A stretch of DNA of 32,000 nucleotides from Promethearchaeota archaeon (lineage in GTDB: Archaea; Asgardarchaeota; Lokiarchaeia; Sigyniarchaeales; Promethearchaeaceae), in NCBI GenBank assembly GCA_016933055.1, contig JAFGBS010000028.1:180001-212000 (forward strand), written 5' to 3'. Below the pieces are notes generated by a model that ran no database searches, had not been told where the DNA came from, and was given only the letters and a program-made list of their open reading frames with translations. Position numbers and translations under genes: made by a program. Positions 1-8,520 of this stretch are shown one piece after another. Positions within the stretch are counted from its first letter, which is position 1. Every line of letters begins with the position of its first letter.

Positions 1-574
1 TAAAATCTGTCTTCAAAATGTTCCCTAAGAAAAGGAGAATAAACCCTAGGATGAAAATAACTAACATGTCTACTAGCTTAGGGTGATGTTCAACTCTTGA
101 TTGAATTGCCGCATAAATTATTCCTAATGTTGCAAAAAATGCGACAAATATAAATAATGTTAAATAATTTGAGGGAAAATTATAGAAAAAAATCGCACAT
201 AAAGAAATTAGACTTATAATTATAGTATTGATATACCCACTTTTCAAAATTCGTTCAATCTGAATGGATATATATACTAATCCAAGTAGTCCCAGCGCAT
301 TTGCTACATTATTTAGATATGCTCGATCAATAAGCTCGGGTATATGATCTTGATAAAAATCTGCATACATCTTAACCGCATCGAATAAAAATTGACCAAG
401 AAAGAAAAAACCCCATGCGAGGTTCATTTCCATTGGTTCTTTTTTCTTCTTTTTATGTATTGCTTCTACAAAGAAACGCATACTATAAAAAAGGTAAAAA
501 GCTCCTATTATCGACTCTAAACCTATAAGTAACTCTCGTAATGTTCTTTTTTGCATTAGGATATCGTCGATCAT
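1..574 (-). CDS. Multi-pass membrane protein, partial (runs off the left edge)
   Basis: Hand translation from ATG at 574 gives an uninterrupted frame to position 2 (MIDDILMQKRTLRELLIGLESIIGAFYLFYSMRFF...NLAWGFFFLGQFLFD...LVIFILGFILLFLGNILKTDF) with several hydrophobic segments. It is absent from the ORF track because there is no stop inside the window. Confidence 0.75.
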   Translation of the reverse strand, partial: MIDDILMQKRTLRELLIGLESIIGAFYLFYSMRFFVEAIHKKKKKEPMEMNLAWGFFFLGQFLFDAVKMYADFYQDHIPELIDRAYLNNVANALGLLGLVYISIQIERILKSGYINTIIISLISLCAIFFYNFPSNYLTLFIFVAFFATLGIIYAAIQSRVEHHPKLVDMLVIFILGFILLFLGNILKTDF

Positions 575-823
575 TTTTTTCCACAGTATTGGTTATGATT
601 TTTCTAGTGGAAGTTCTATTTGAAATTAGTGTAGTAATGTGGTTAGTAGAATTTACCCTTTACTTCCACGATTATTGAAGTGGATTTATGTTGCTTCAAA
701 AATTTTACTTATTAACTAGAAATGAGGAAAAATTTTATAGTTTTGTAAATTCTCAAGGCATATTCTAGCTGTTTCATATGTTCTGGAAACGTATTAAGCT
801 GAAAATAATGGATTTGCTTAAAA

Positions 824-3004
824 ATGCCTAAAGAAAAATGGATAATTACCTCTGCGTGGCCTTATGTTAATGCTACTCCTCATCTGGGCAACATAATCGG
901 TAGTGTATTAAGTGGAGATGTTTTTGCTCGATTTCTTCGACTCCAGAAAAATACTGAAGTTTTATACGTTTCTGGTAGTGATATGCATGGTACACCCGTA
1001 GCTGTGGATGCTATCAAGAAAGGGATTACATCTGAAGAATTAGCGTATTCCAAACATGAAGACATCGTGAAATTATTTTCAGATTGGAATTTACAATATG
1101 ATAATTATACTCAAACCCACAATCCCACCCATATTAAATTCACCCAAGATTTTTATTTGGAAATCCAAAAGAATGGATATATTATTGAGGAAGAAACCGA
1201 AGGTTACTACTGTCCCGAAGATGATTTCTTCTTACCGGACCGTTTCATTGAGGGCACATGCCCCTATTGTGGGCAATCAGGTGCTCGAGGGGACCAGTGT
1301 GATAATCCCTCATGTGGGCGAGTTCTAGAATCAAACCAATTATTAAACCCCGAATGTAAAATATGTCTCCTAAAGAACAAACACACAACACCCATCCGAA
1401 AAAAAACTAAACATTGGTATTTGGATTTTCCTCAATTGGAAGACAAATTACGAGATTTTATAGTTAATAATCATTATATCAATCCAAATGCTAAAACATT
1501 ATGCTTAAATTCCATCAAAGAAGGACTTCCTCGTCGATCAATAACCAGAGATCTGAAATGGGGGATACCAGCTCCTTTCGAAGGAGCTGAAAATAAGACA
1601 ATTTATGTTTGGTTTGAAGCAGTTCTTGGGTATATCTCAGCGGTTAAAGAATGGGCGCAAATTAAAGAACAACCAGACTTATTTGATTACTACTGGAAGG
1701 ATCCTAAAACTAAATCTGTGTATTTCATTGGTAAAGATAATATTATTTTCCACTGGATTATTTTTCCTGGTCTAATATTTGCATACAATAAAGGAAAATC
1801 TATTGAAGATCAATTAACTCTTCCGTATAATGTAAGTAGTACTGAATTCTTAATGTATGAAAATGATAAATTTTCTAAAAGTCGAGGGATAGGAATATGG
1901 GCTGATGAAGCATTAGAGCTCCTTCCTGCAGATTATTGGAGATATGCGCTAATACGAAATCGTCCAGAGGGAAGGGATGTATCTTTTATTTGGAACGAAT
2001 TTGAAAATTCAATAAATGAGCTCAATGACAAGATAGGTAACTTTATTCATCGGACTTTTACTTTCATATACAACAAATTCGACGCACAAATACCTGGAAT
2101 TGTAGATCTTGATGATGATGATCGGGAGATCTTGAATTTAATAGAGAGAGCCCCCAAAGAAATAGGAGAACTCTTTTTGAATTATCGATTAAAGGATGCA
2201 GTATCTAAAATCGTGGATATCGCTACGAAAGGAAATGTTTATCTAAATACAAAAAAGCCCTGGAGCGTAATTAGGACCGATAAAGAGAAGGCAGGTCAAA
2301 TTTTCAACATATGTGCTCAGTTAAGTAAAACGTTGGGAATTTTGTTAGCTCCTATTTGCCCAGATGCGTTCAAAACCATAATAAAAATAACAAATTTAAG
2401 AAAAGCCCCTCAAGAAATTCTTTGGGATGATATCTCAAGTCTTGAAGTGAAAACTGGAACCAAAATCGGTAAACCGATTCCAGTTTTCAAGAAATTTAAA
2501 CTTAACGACATGCTAAGAGATTTCAAAGATATTCGCGAATCAAAGGGACAAAAATTCACTCTACCTAACTCGTTAATTAACTTAAAAGACGATTCCCTAC
2601 AGGAAAAATCTCAAGAAGGTGATAAAATAAAAAATGAAGCGAATCATATAACCTACAAATTCTTCCAGAAATTTCTTTTTAAAACTGCACGAATTGTAAA
2701 TATAGATCGTGTGCAAAAAACTTCAAAAGAAATGAATAAAGAAACCTTATATGAGTTTACCTTATCAATAGGACGAAATATCACCAATAAGACATATTAT
2801 GTTAATACAAGTGAATCCATCGAACAACTACGAAAATATATCGGGAAGGATGTTGTGTATTTAGCAAATTTAGAAAAAATCCCCGATTCTGTAAAAAAAA
2901 TCAAAAACCAAAGTATTCTGATTATGCATGCGATGAATAATACAGATACGATTTCACTGATAATTGTCGATAAATTTGTACCCTTAGGGAGTCTTATTCG
3001 CTAA
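824..3004 (+). CDS. metG: Methionyl-tRNA synthetase with zinc knuckles and a divergent C-terminal tRNA-binding/dimerisation domain
   Basis: WPYVNATPHLGN (HIGH), GSDMHG, CPxC/CxxC knuckles, SITRDLKWGIPAP, YVWFEA, FIGKDNIIFH, KFSKS (KMSKS). Confidence 0.97.
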   Translation: MPKEKWIITSAWPYVNATPHLGNIIGSVLSGDVFARFLRLQKNTEVLYVSGSDMHGTPVAVDAIKKGITSEELAYSKHEDIVKLFSDWNLQYDNYTQTHNPTHIKFTQDFYLEIQKNGYIIEEETEGYYCPEDDFFLPDRFIEGTCPYCGQSGARGDQCDNPSCGRVLESNQLLNPECKICLLKNKHTTPIRKKTKHWYLDFPQLEDKLRDFIVNNHYINPNAKTLCLNSIKEGLPRRSITRDLKWGIPAPFEGAENKTIYVWFEAVLGYISAVKEWAQIKEQPDLFDYYWKDPKTKSVYFIGKDNIIFHWIIFPGLIFAYNKGKSIEDQLTLPYNVSSTEFLMYENDKFSKSRGIGIWADEALELLPADYWRYALIRNRPEGRDVSFIWNEFENSINELNDKIGNFIHRTFTFIYNKFDAQIPGIVDLDDDDREILNLIERAPKEIGELFLNYRLKDAVSKIVDIATKGNVYLNTKKPWSVIRTDKEKAGQIFNICAQLSKTLGILLAPICPDAFKTIIKITNLRKAPQEILWDDISSLEVKTGTKIGKPIPVFKKFKLNDMLRDFKDIRESKGQKFTLPNSLINLKDDSLQEKSQEGDKIKNEANHITYKFFQKFLFKTARIVNIDRVQKTSKEMNKETLYEFTLSIGRNITNKTYYVNTSESIEQLRKYIGKDVVYLANLEKIPDSVKKIKNQSILIMHAMNNTDTISLIIVDKFVPLGSLIR

Positions 3005-3077
3005 AATTCCATAAAAAATAAATAAAATGCATTTTTCCTACAAAACACGAAATCAACGAAGATAGTGATCGTAGAAA

Positions 3078-3662
3078 ATGGCTAGAAGACCTTGGAGCTG
3101 CTATAAACAGATAAAACGTCCTGCCTATCAAAAAAAACGCAGTCGTAGTCACCGGAAGGAATATGTTAGGGGCGGTCCTGACTCTGTACTTCGAATGTAT
3201 GATACTGGAAACCGTAAGAAACCCTTAGAAGAGTGGGATTTATCATTGGGAATAAAAATCTTGAAAGATGTGCAGTTAAGTCATCGAACTCTAGAAGCGA
3301 TGCGTACTTCTTTAAACAGAAATTTACAGAAGCAATTGGGTCGTACAGGATTTCTGATCCGAGTGCGTCCTCATCCATGGCAAATGATACGAGAGAACAA
3401 AATGATGGCTTTCGCAGGAGCAGACAGATTACAATCCGGAATGCGAAATTCCTTCGGTCGTGTGATCGGTCGAGCCGCACGTGTGCATGCAGATCAAACT
3501 ATTGTTGAGGTATATTGTAATTTTGCGAATAAAAATATAGTAATCAAGTCCCTCAAGACTGCTGCTTACAAAATAGGAGCAAAAAATCGTTTAGTTGTGC
3601 TACGTATGAAGGATCCCGCACTTGAAACAAAAATAGGTCTTCCGATTGCCTTAGAGGAATAA
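3078..3662 (+). CDS. rpl10e: 50S ribosomal protein uL16 (archaeal L10e)
   Basis: MARRPWSCY, LEAMR, RVRPHPWQMIRENKMMAFAGADRLQSGMRNSFG...AARV are typical of L10e. Confidence 0.96.
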   Translation: MARRPWSCYKQIKRPAYQKKRSRSHRKEYVRGGPDSVLRMYDTGNRKKPLEEWDLSLGIKILKDVQLSHRTLEAMRTSLNRNLQKQLGRTGFLIRVRPHPWQMIRENKMMAFAGADRLQSGMRNSFGRVIGRAARVHADQTIVEVYCNFANKNIVIKSLKTAAYKIGAKNRLVVLRMKDPALETKIGLPIALEE

Positions 3663-3729
3663 CTCATAATCTATTAATTTAATTTTTATCAATTAATTTC
3701 ATATCCTATACTTCCATTTTTGGTAAATA

Positions 3730-4932
3730 ATGCCCTCTGAACACCTAGAAAAAATATTTCATGATGTGTACCATCGTAAAGTAGAGTTATTATTAAACGG
3801 CTTGCGTCTAACGCAGCAATTTATTGATGAGATTCGAAATTATACTCCTAATTTTTACAGAGGAAGAAAAGGAGGAGCAGGGCCAGCAGGTGGTCGCTAT
3901 TTTTTCTTCAAGGAGACTGGGTCGGTAGTAAACGTTGCATTATGGGGACCTCAATCTGAACACTCGTATTTGGAATTAATTGGAATATTGGGGAAAAATA
4001 ACAATAATTTGGAGTATATCACCTGCAAAATTCAGAACGCGCAATCGAAGAATTCCTATAGTGTGGATCTCATTCCTATTCCAACTAATTATAATGAAAA
4101 AAGAAATCTAAATAGCAGTTTCAACAAACAGATTGCTCTTATACATGGAACCTCCTGTTTAGCGAGTACTATTATCCAGAAATGTAGGTATTGGGGGGAA
4201 AAAACAGCTTGTGCCTTTTGTGGAATCGAATATAGTCTACAAGAGGGGGCAACGATTGAAAAAAAATCATCAGAACAGTTGATTCGAGCAATTCGGGATG
4301 CAAGGAAATTTTCTCTATGCAACCATATTACATTGACAATGGGCACGTTATCAAAACCGGATAAAGGAGCTGAAAATTATATTGAAATAGTTTCATCTAT
4401 AAAGAAAAAATATCCAAATCTACCTATTCATATCCAAATTGAGCCTTTTGATGACATTGATAAACTGTTTATATTAAAGAAGGTTGGTGTTGATACTATT
4501 GGTGTCCATCTAGAAATTCCGAATGATCAATTACGAAAAAACTACTGTCCTGGAAAATCTGAAACTTCAAGATCTACTTATGAAAAATTCTGGAAAAAAT
4601 GTATCGAAATCTTTGGCAGAGGACAAGTCAGTACGTTTGTGCTTTTAGGATTTGGGGAAAATAACCAAGAGACGATAAGGTATAATACCAAACTTATCAA
4701 AATGGGAGTAATCCCCAATATTATGCCTGTTCGTTATATAATGGGAACAAATTTGGAGTATAAGCCTATTTCTCTTGCAAATTTAATTGAAATTTATGAT
4801 TCCGCAGCAGAATCTCTCTTAAATTACCAATTGGACCCGCATTTAAATAAAGCTGGTTGTATTCGTTGTATGGGATGCTCAGCAATTATTGATGCATATG
4901 ACTATCACAAGGTAAGACACCAAAACAAATAA
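3730..4932 (+). CDS. Radical SAM protein, MSMEG_0568-like family
   Basis: GGAGPAGG, IHGTSCLASTIIQKC, an expanded cluster motif C-x8-C-x2-C (CRYWGEKTACAFC), GVDTIGVHLE, YCPGKS, FGRGQVSTFVLLGFGE, and C-terminal KAGCIRCMGCSA. Confidence 0.8.
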   Translation: MPSEHLEKIFHDVYHRKVELLLNGLRLTQQFIDEIRNYTPNFYRGRKGGAGPAGGRYFFFKETGSVVNVALWGPQSEHSYLELIGILGKNNNNLEYITCKIQNAQSKNSYSVDLIPIPTNYNEKRNLNSSFNKQIALIHGTSCLASTIIQKCRYWGEKTACAFCGIEYSLQEGATIEKKSSEQLIRAIRDARKFSLCNHITLTMGTLSKPDKGAENYIEIVSSIKKKYPNLPIHIQIEPFDDIDKLFILKKVGVDTIGVHLEIPNDQLRKNYCPGKSETSRSTYEKFWKKCIEIFGRGQVSTFVLLGFGENNQETIRYNTKLIKMGVIPNIMPVRYIMGTNLEYKPISLANLIEIYDSAAESLLNYQLDPHLNKAGCIRCMGCSAIIDAYDYHKVRHQNK

Positions 4933-4979
4933 AATTACCTAGTCCTAAGAGATCATACATATTCATAATAGGATTTTTT

Positions 4980-5567
4980 ATGCCGTCAATCATTAATTCT
5001 GACTTTGAATCTCTACCTGAAAGTTATCAAGAATATATTGTGACTATTTATCGTCTTTCATCCAAAACGAAAAAAGTAACAAATATTGATATATCGAATA
5101 AAATGGGAAATGCTCCTTCCTCAGTCTACAATATGTTAAAGAAATTAGCAAGCCGAAAATTGATCCAATGGGAACCCAAACAAAAAGAAATACTTTTGAC
5201 AACTAAGGGAAAACGAATAGCTAAACAGCTTATTTTGAGTCATTTAATCATGGAATTGTTTCTTAGGGAGTATTTGGGATTAATAGATGATGATCAAATT
5301 CATAACCTTGCTTGTAAATTAGAACATCATGTTACTGAACCAATAAAACAAGGATTTCGTAGAAAGATTGGTGAAGAAGCCTATAAAAATTTAGAAGTTA
5401 TTGTTGAAATGGAATCAGACCCTGAAAGTACCATCAAAAGATTAAAAGAAGTATTTCCCAGCCCGAAACAAGTCGTTTCACGATTTGCTCGCAAACTAAA
5501 GAAACTAATGCCGGAATCTGAGGAAAGAATTGAAATAATAAAAACCGAATTCCTTGAAAATCTTTAA
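4980..5567 (+). CDS. DtxR/MntR-family metal-dependent transcriptional regulator
   Basis: QEYIVTIY, HTH region (ISNKMGNAPSSVYNMLKKL), LTTKG, HLIMELFL, ACKLEHHVTE. Confidence 0.9.
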   Translation: MPSIINSDFESLPESYQEYIVTIYRLSSKTKKVTNIDISNKMGNAPSSVYNMLKKLASRKLIQWEPKQKEILLTTKGKRIAKQLILSHLIMELFLREYLGLIDDDQIHNLACKLEHHVTEPIKQGFRRKIGEEAYKNLEVIVEMESDPESTIKRLKEVFPSPKQVVSRFARKLKKLMPESEERIEIIKTEFLENL

Positions 5568-6472
5568 TCTCGTAGAAATTTTCCCATTACAAAATCTTTC
5601 CAGTCCCTTCCAATCATAAAAACTCCTAATAATAACAAAAACAATCCTGTCACTTTATCTAGGTAATTCCAGATGCCCTCTGCGTTAAGAACTAATAAAA
5701 TACCTCCAATTGTAAGTAACATACCAATGAAAGTTTCGTGCAGATGAATTTTTTTAATATAAATTCGTTTGAATCCTGTTGCAGCAAGAGATTTTATGAA
5801 ATCTGGACAGCGAAGTAAAAAATATACCAGAAGAAAGGTGACACTTGCATTTATAATGAAATAGGCTTCATCTGTACTCAAATAATTCGCGTAGTATACA
5901 GAGGAAAATGCAAATGGGGAAATTCTGAAAAACACCCAAAGAATGCTTAGAATTGAAAGAAGTGCTCCAACATTGGCAATTTTTAAAATTATTTTAAATA
6001 CACCCTTTCGTCGATATAAATCTTCCAAGGAGTAAAAACCAGTTTTGGGAACGAACTTTTCAGGGTTATAAACTAAATTTCCTAATTCATCTTTCTCTGA
6101 ATTTACATGTAAGATATCATCATGGATGATTACAATATGAGTCAAATTTTCTTTATCTTTACGTTTTATGATGGAGTTATGCAGAAGCATCGAAAAAAAT
6201 GACGCTAGAAAAACTCCAATAATTATCAGGATAAAAATGACTCTGAATGTGTAATTGTATTTTATAGATAAATAAAATTCATCTAATTTATTATGATCTA
6301 TCCAACTTCCAGGACCGGGTATATAATGTCGCCAATTATCTCCAATACGCAAAATTGCATAAAGATATACTAGGAAAATTGCCGTAAACAACAATGTAAG
6401 ACCAACAGTCATAAATACTCGCGAAACAAATGATTTAGATCGGATCTGTTTATTAGGGATCTGAGTATCCAT
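5564..6472 (-). CDS. Hypothetical multi-pass membrane protein
   Basis: 302-aa ORF with about six hydrophobic segments. It starts 12 bp after the stop of the upstream KaiC-V4R gene. Confidence 0.8.
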   Translation of the reverse strand: MDTQIPNKQIRSKSFVSRVFMTVGLTLLFTAIFLVYLYAILRIGDNWRHYIPGPGSWIDHNKLDEFYLSIKYNYTFRVIFILIIIGVFLASFFSMLLHNSIIKRKDKENLTHIVIIHDDILHVNSEKDELGNLVYNPEKFVPKTGFYSLEDLYRRKGVFKIILKIANVGALLSILSILWVFFRISPFAFSSVYYANYLSTDEAYFIINASVTFLLVYFLLRCPDFIKSLAATGFKRIYIKKIHLHETFIGMLLTIGGILLVLNAEGIWNYLDKVTGLFLLLLGVFMIGRDWKDFVMGKFLRD

Positions 6473-6484
6473 TTAATCCACCAA

Positions 6485-7762
6485 TTAGACTAGTAGCAGC
6501 AAAATATTCAATGTTATAAAACCATTTTGCATATTACCTTGTTTTTTCATTTCGATATGTTTCACGTCGAATTTTAAGCTTTGGGACATAATTCCAGAAT
6601 AAAGTCCCTTCAGAATAGGACGATATATTTCTTCATCCAATTCTTCATGAAACGCATGAGTATACTCGATTATTTTTTGGGAGATGTCTTTTTTAATCAA
6701 TTTACTTTGACCCCATCCGAGTAAAGACCATATTCGTAAAGTAGTTTTAACTACTTCCCACCGATTAATCATATATAGTTTCTGAATAAATGCACTGAGA
6801 TCTGAACCTATTGTGAAGGCTGTTTGTTGAATAATAGTAGCATCTTTAATCTTTTTTAAGAAATGAATCCAGCTTTGGGTAGGAAGTAGTAAAAAGGGAA
6901 TATGAGAAAACTCTAAAGTCCCGTTTTCCCATTCCATTAAATTACGGAAAGCTTCGAATGTATTTAGAAAAGCAGATTTTATGATAACAGAATATTGCTC
7001 CGTTTGTTCATCAAACTGTATTTTATAAGGTTCTACGCGGTTATCGTGGGGATACTGCCCCACCATCTTTAGAACCCGAATATACTGTTGCTGATAAATT
7101 CCCTCAAATTTAGAACTCAAATCCACAACCACATGGCATAGTGATTGAATTTTTGCCAACATTTCAGATGGAACAATATCCTTATTCATTAACATTAGAT
7201 CACAAGACCCCGTATCACAGCATGATGTGAGATTACCTTCAATCAGTTGAATAACGTTAGAAACCGATAAATTAAGAATAAATGGATTTACACTAATTAA
7301 GATATTATATAATTGGATGGAAGGATCATTTTCATCAATGCGTCTTTGGTTTAAATAATCCATTGCTTTCTCTTTTGCATTTCGAATCTGAAGAGACAAT
7401 TCATGCCTATCGGTAAATAAATTTACATTCTGGACTCCCTTACTTACTAAATCAAGTATAATAAGGTTAGGATTTGGATAGACCTCTTGTATCGAAAGTA
7501 TCAAATTTCGCGAAATCATATCTGATAAAATAACCAGCACAACATTAGAAACTGAAATTTGATTTTCGATAATTTCTTTTAAAATTATTTCTCCTCCACT
7601 ACCAATATCTTGTTGAAATAAGGTCAAACTATTGCTTTGGAATCCCCCCCCAAGCATTTCATCCAATTCACGAATACCACTAGAAAAGAATCGCTTTTTC
7701 TCAAGGATTTTTCGTTTTTGAAGGGTCGAATCCGCTAGTTTTTCTTGAACTCGTCTACTCAT
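6485..7762 (-). CDS. Inactivated KaiC/RAD55-like ATPase fused to a V4R-like C-terminal domain
   Basis: SSGIRELDEMLGGGF is the RecA-superfamily KaiC/RAD55 start. Walker A is degenerate (DIGSGGE), and LCHVVVDL and VLKMVG correspond to DGVIEL and KMRG. The C-terminal region has GTLEFSHIPFLLLP, IGSDLS and LLGWGQ, as in V4R-type domains. Confidence 0.75.
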   Translation of the reverse strand: MSRRVQEKLADSTLQKRKILEKKRFFSSGIRELDEMLGGGFQSNSLTLFQQDIGSGGEIILKEIIENQISVSNVVLVILSDMISRNLILSIQEVYPNPNLIILDLVSKGVQNVNLFTDRHELSLQIRNAKEKAMDYLNQRRIDENDPSIQLYNILISVNPFILNLSVSNVIQLIEGNLTSCCDTGSCDLMLMNKDIVPSEMLAKIQSLCHVVVDLSSKFEGIYQQQYIRVLKMVGQYPHDNRVEPYKIQFDEQTEQYSVIIKSAFLNTFEAFRNLMEWENGTLEFSHIPFLLLPTQSWIHFLKKIKDATIIQQTAFTIGSDLSAFIQKLYMINRWEVVKTTLRIWSLLGWGQSKLIKKDISQKIIEYTHAFHEELDEEIYRPILKGLYSGIMSQSLKFDVKHIEMKKQGNMQNGFITLNILLLLV

Positions 7763-8310
7763 GGTATTTGACTTCCTTTTATTTTATTAAGCACATCCAT
7801 GGAAATTTCTTCAAATACTTGGTCCATATTGGTTCCTGTTTTTGCTGAAGTAATATAAAATCGTATGTTTGGATTTTCTGGACGTAATTGTTTTGTAAGA
7901 TCCATGGCAATTACTTCGATGTTAGGATTATAATCAAGATCACATTTGTTACCGATTATCGATATAGGTACGGTCTTTCCCAATACACGAGTAACATCCA
8001 TATACCAATCACGGATATGCAGTAATGAGGATTTGTTGGTTAAGTCGAATAATAGAAGCACACCTTGAGCCCCATTCAAGTAATTAGAGCGTACAGTCGC
8101 CCATAAAGTCTGGCCTCCAATATCCCAAATTGTCATGATTACCTCCTTAGTTTGACCACAAATATCCACACGCATTGTTTTTCCTTTGAAGTCCACACCT
8201 ATTGTTGAAAGATAGTTTTCCTTGAAATATCCTTCTGTATAATGCCGAACCAATGAAGTTTTTCCAACCGAGGGGTCTCCTAAGATACAGACTTTTATTT
8301 TCATAGCCAT
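7759..8310 (-). CDS. Rab/Ras-like small GTPase
   Basis: G1 GDPSVGKTS, G2 STIGVDF, G3 WDIGGQ, G4 NKCD, G5 TSAK. No C-terminal cysteine. The stop overlaps the next start (ATGA). Confidence 0.95.
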   Translation of the reverse strand: MAMKIKVCILGDPSVGKTSLVRHYTEGYFKENYLSTIGVDFKGKTMRVDICGQTKEVIMTIWDIGGQTLWATVRSNYLNGAQGVLLLFDLTNKSSLLHIRDWYMDVTRVLGKTVPISIIGNKCDLDYNPNIEVIAMDLTKQLRPENPNIRFYITSAKTGTNMDQVFEEISMDVLNKIKGSQIP

Positions 8311-8373
8311 TTTATTCTACCTTCATCGTGATATTTCCCAATAAGTGCTATATTCGATCCATCCTACTTTAAT

Positions 8374-8494
8374 CTATGAGTTTTTAGGTTGGAATTCATT
8401 ATAGCTAGCAATCGGAATAAAACAGATCCATATGATTAATCTCATGGACTAGATTTATATGGATCTACTTGATTATCAACTCATAGGATATCCT
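8374..8494. repeat. Nested inverted repeats and a palindrome in a divergent intergenic region
   Basis: CTATGAGTT (8374-8382) / AACTCATAG (8478-8486) enclose AGATCCATAT (8424-8433) / ATATGGATCT (8457-8466). A perfect palindrome AGGATATCCT lies at 8485-8494. Confidence 0.5.
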
Positions 8495-8520
8495 TAATTT
8501 ATAATAAACGGGGCAACAAA

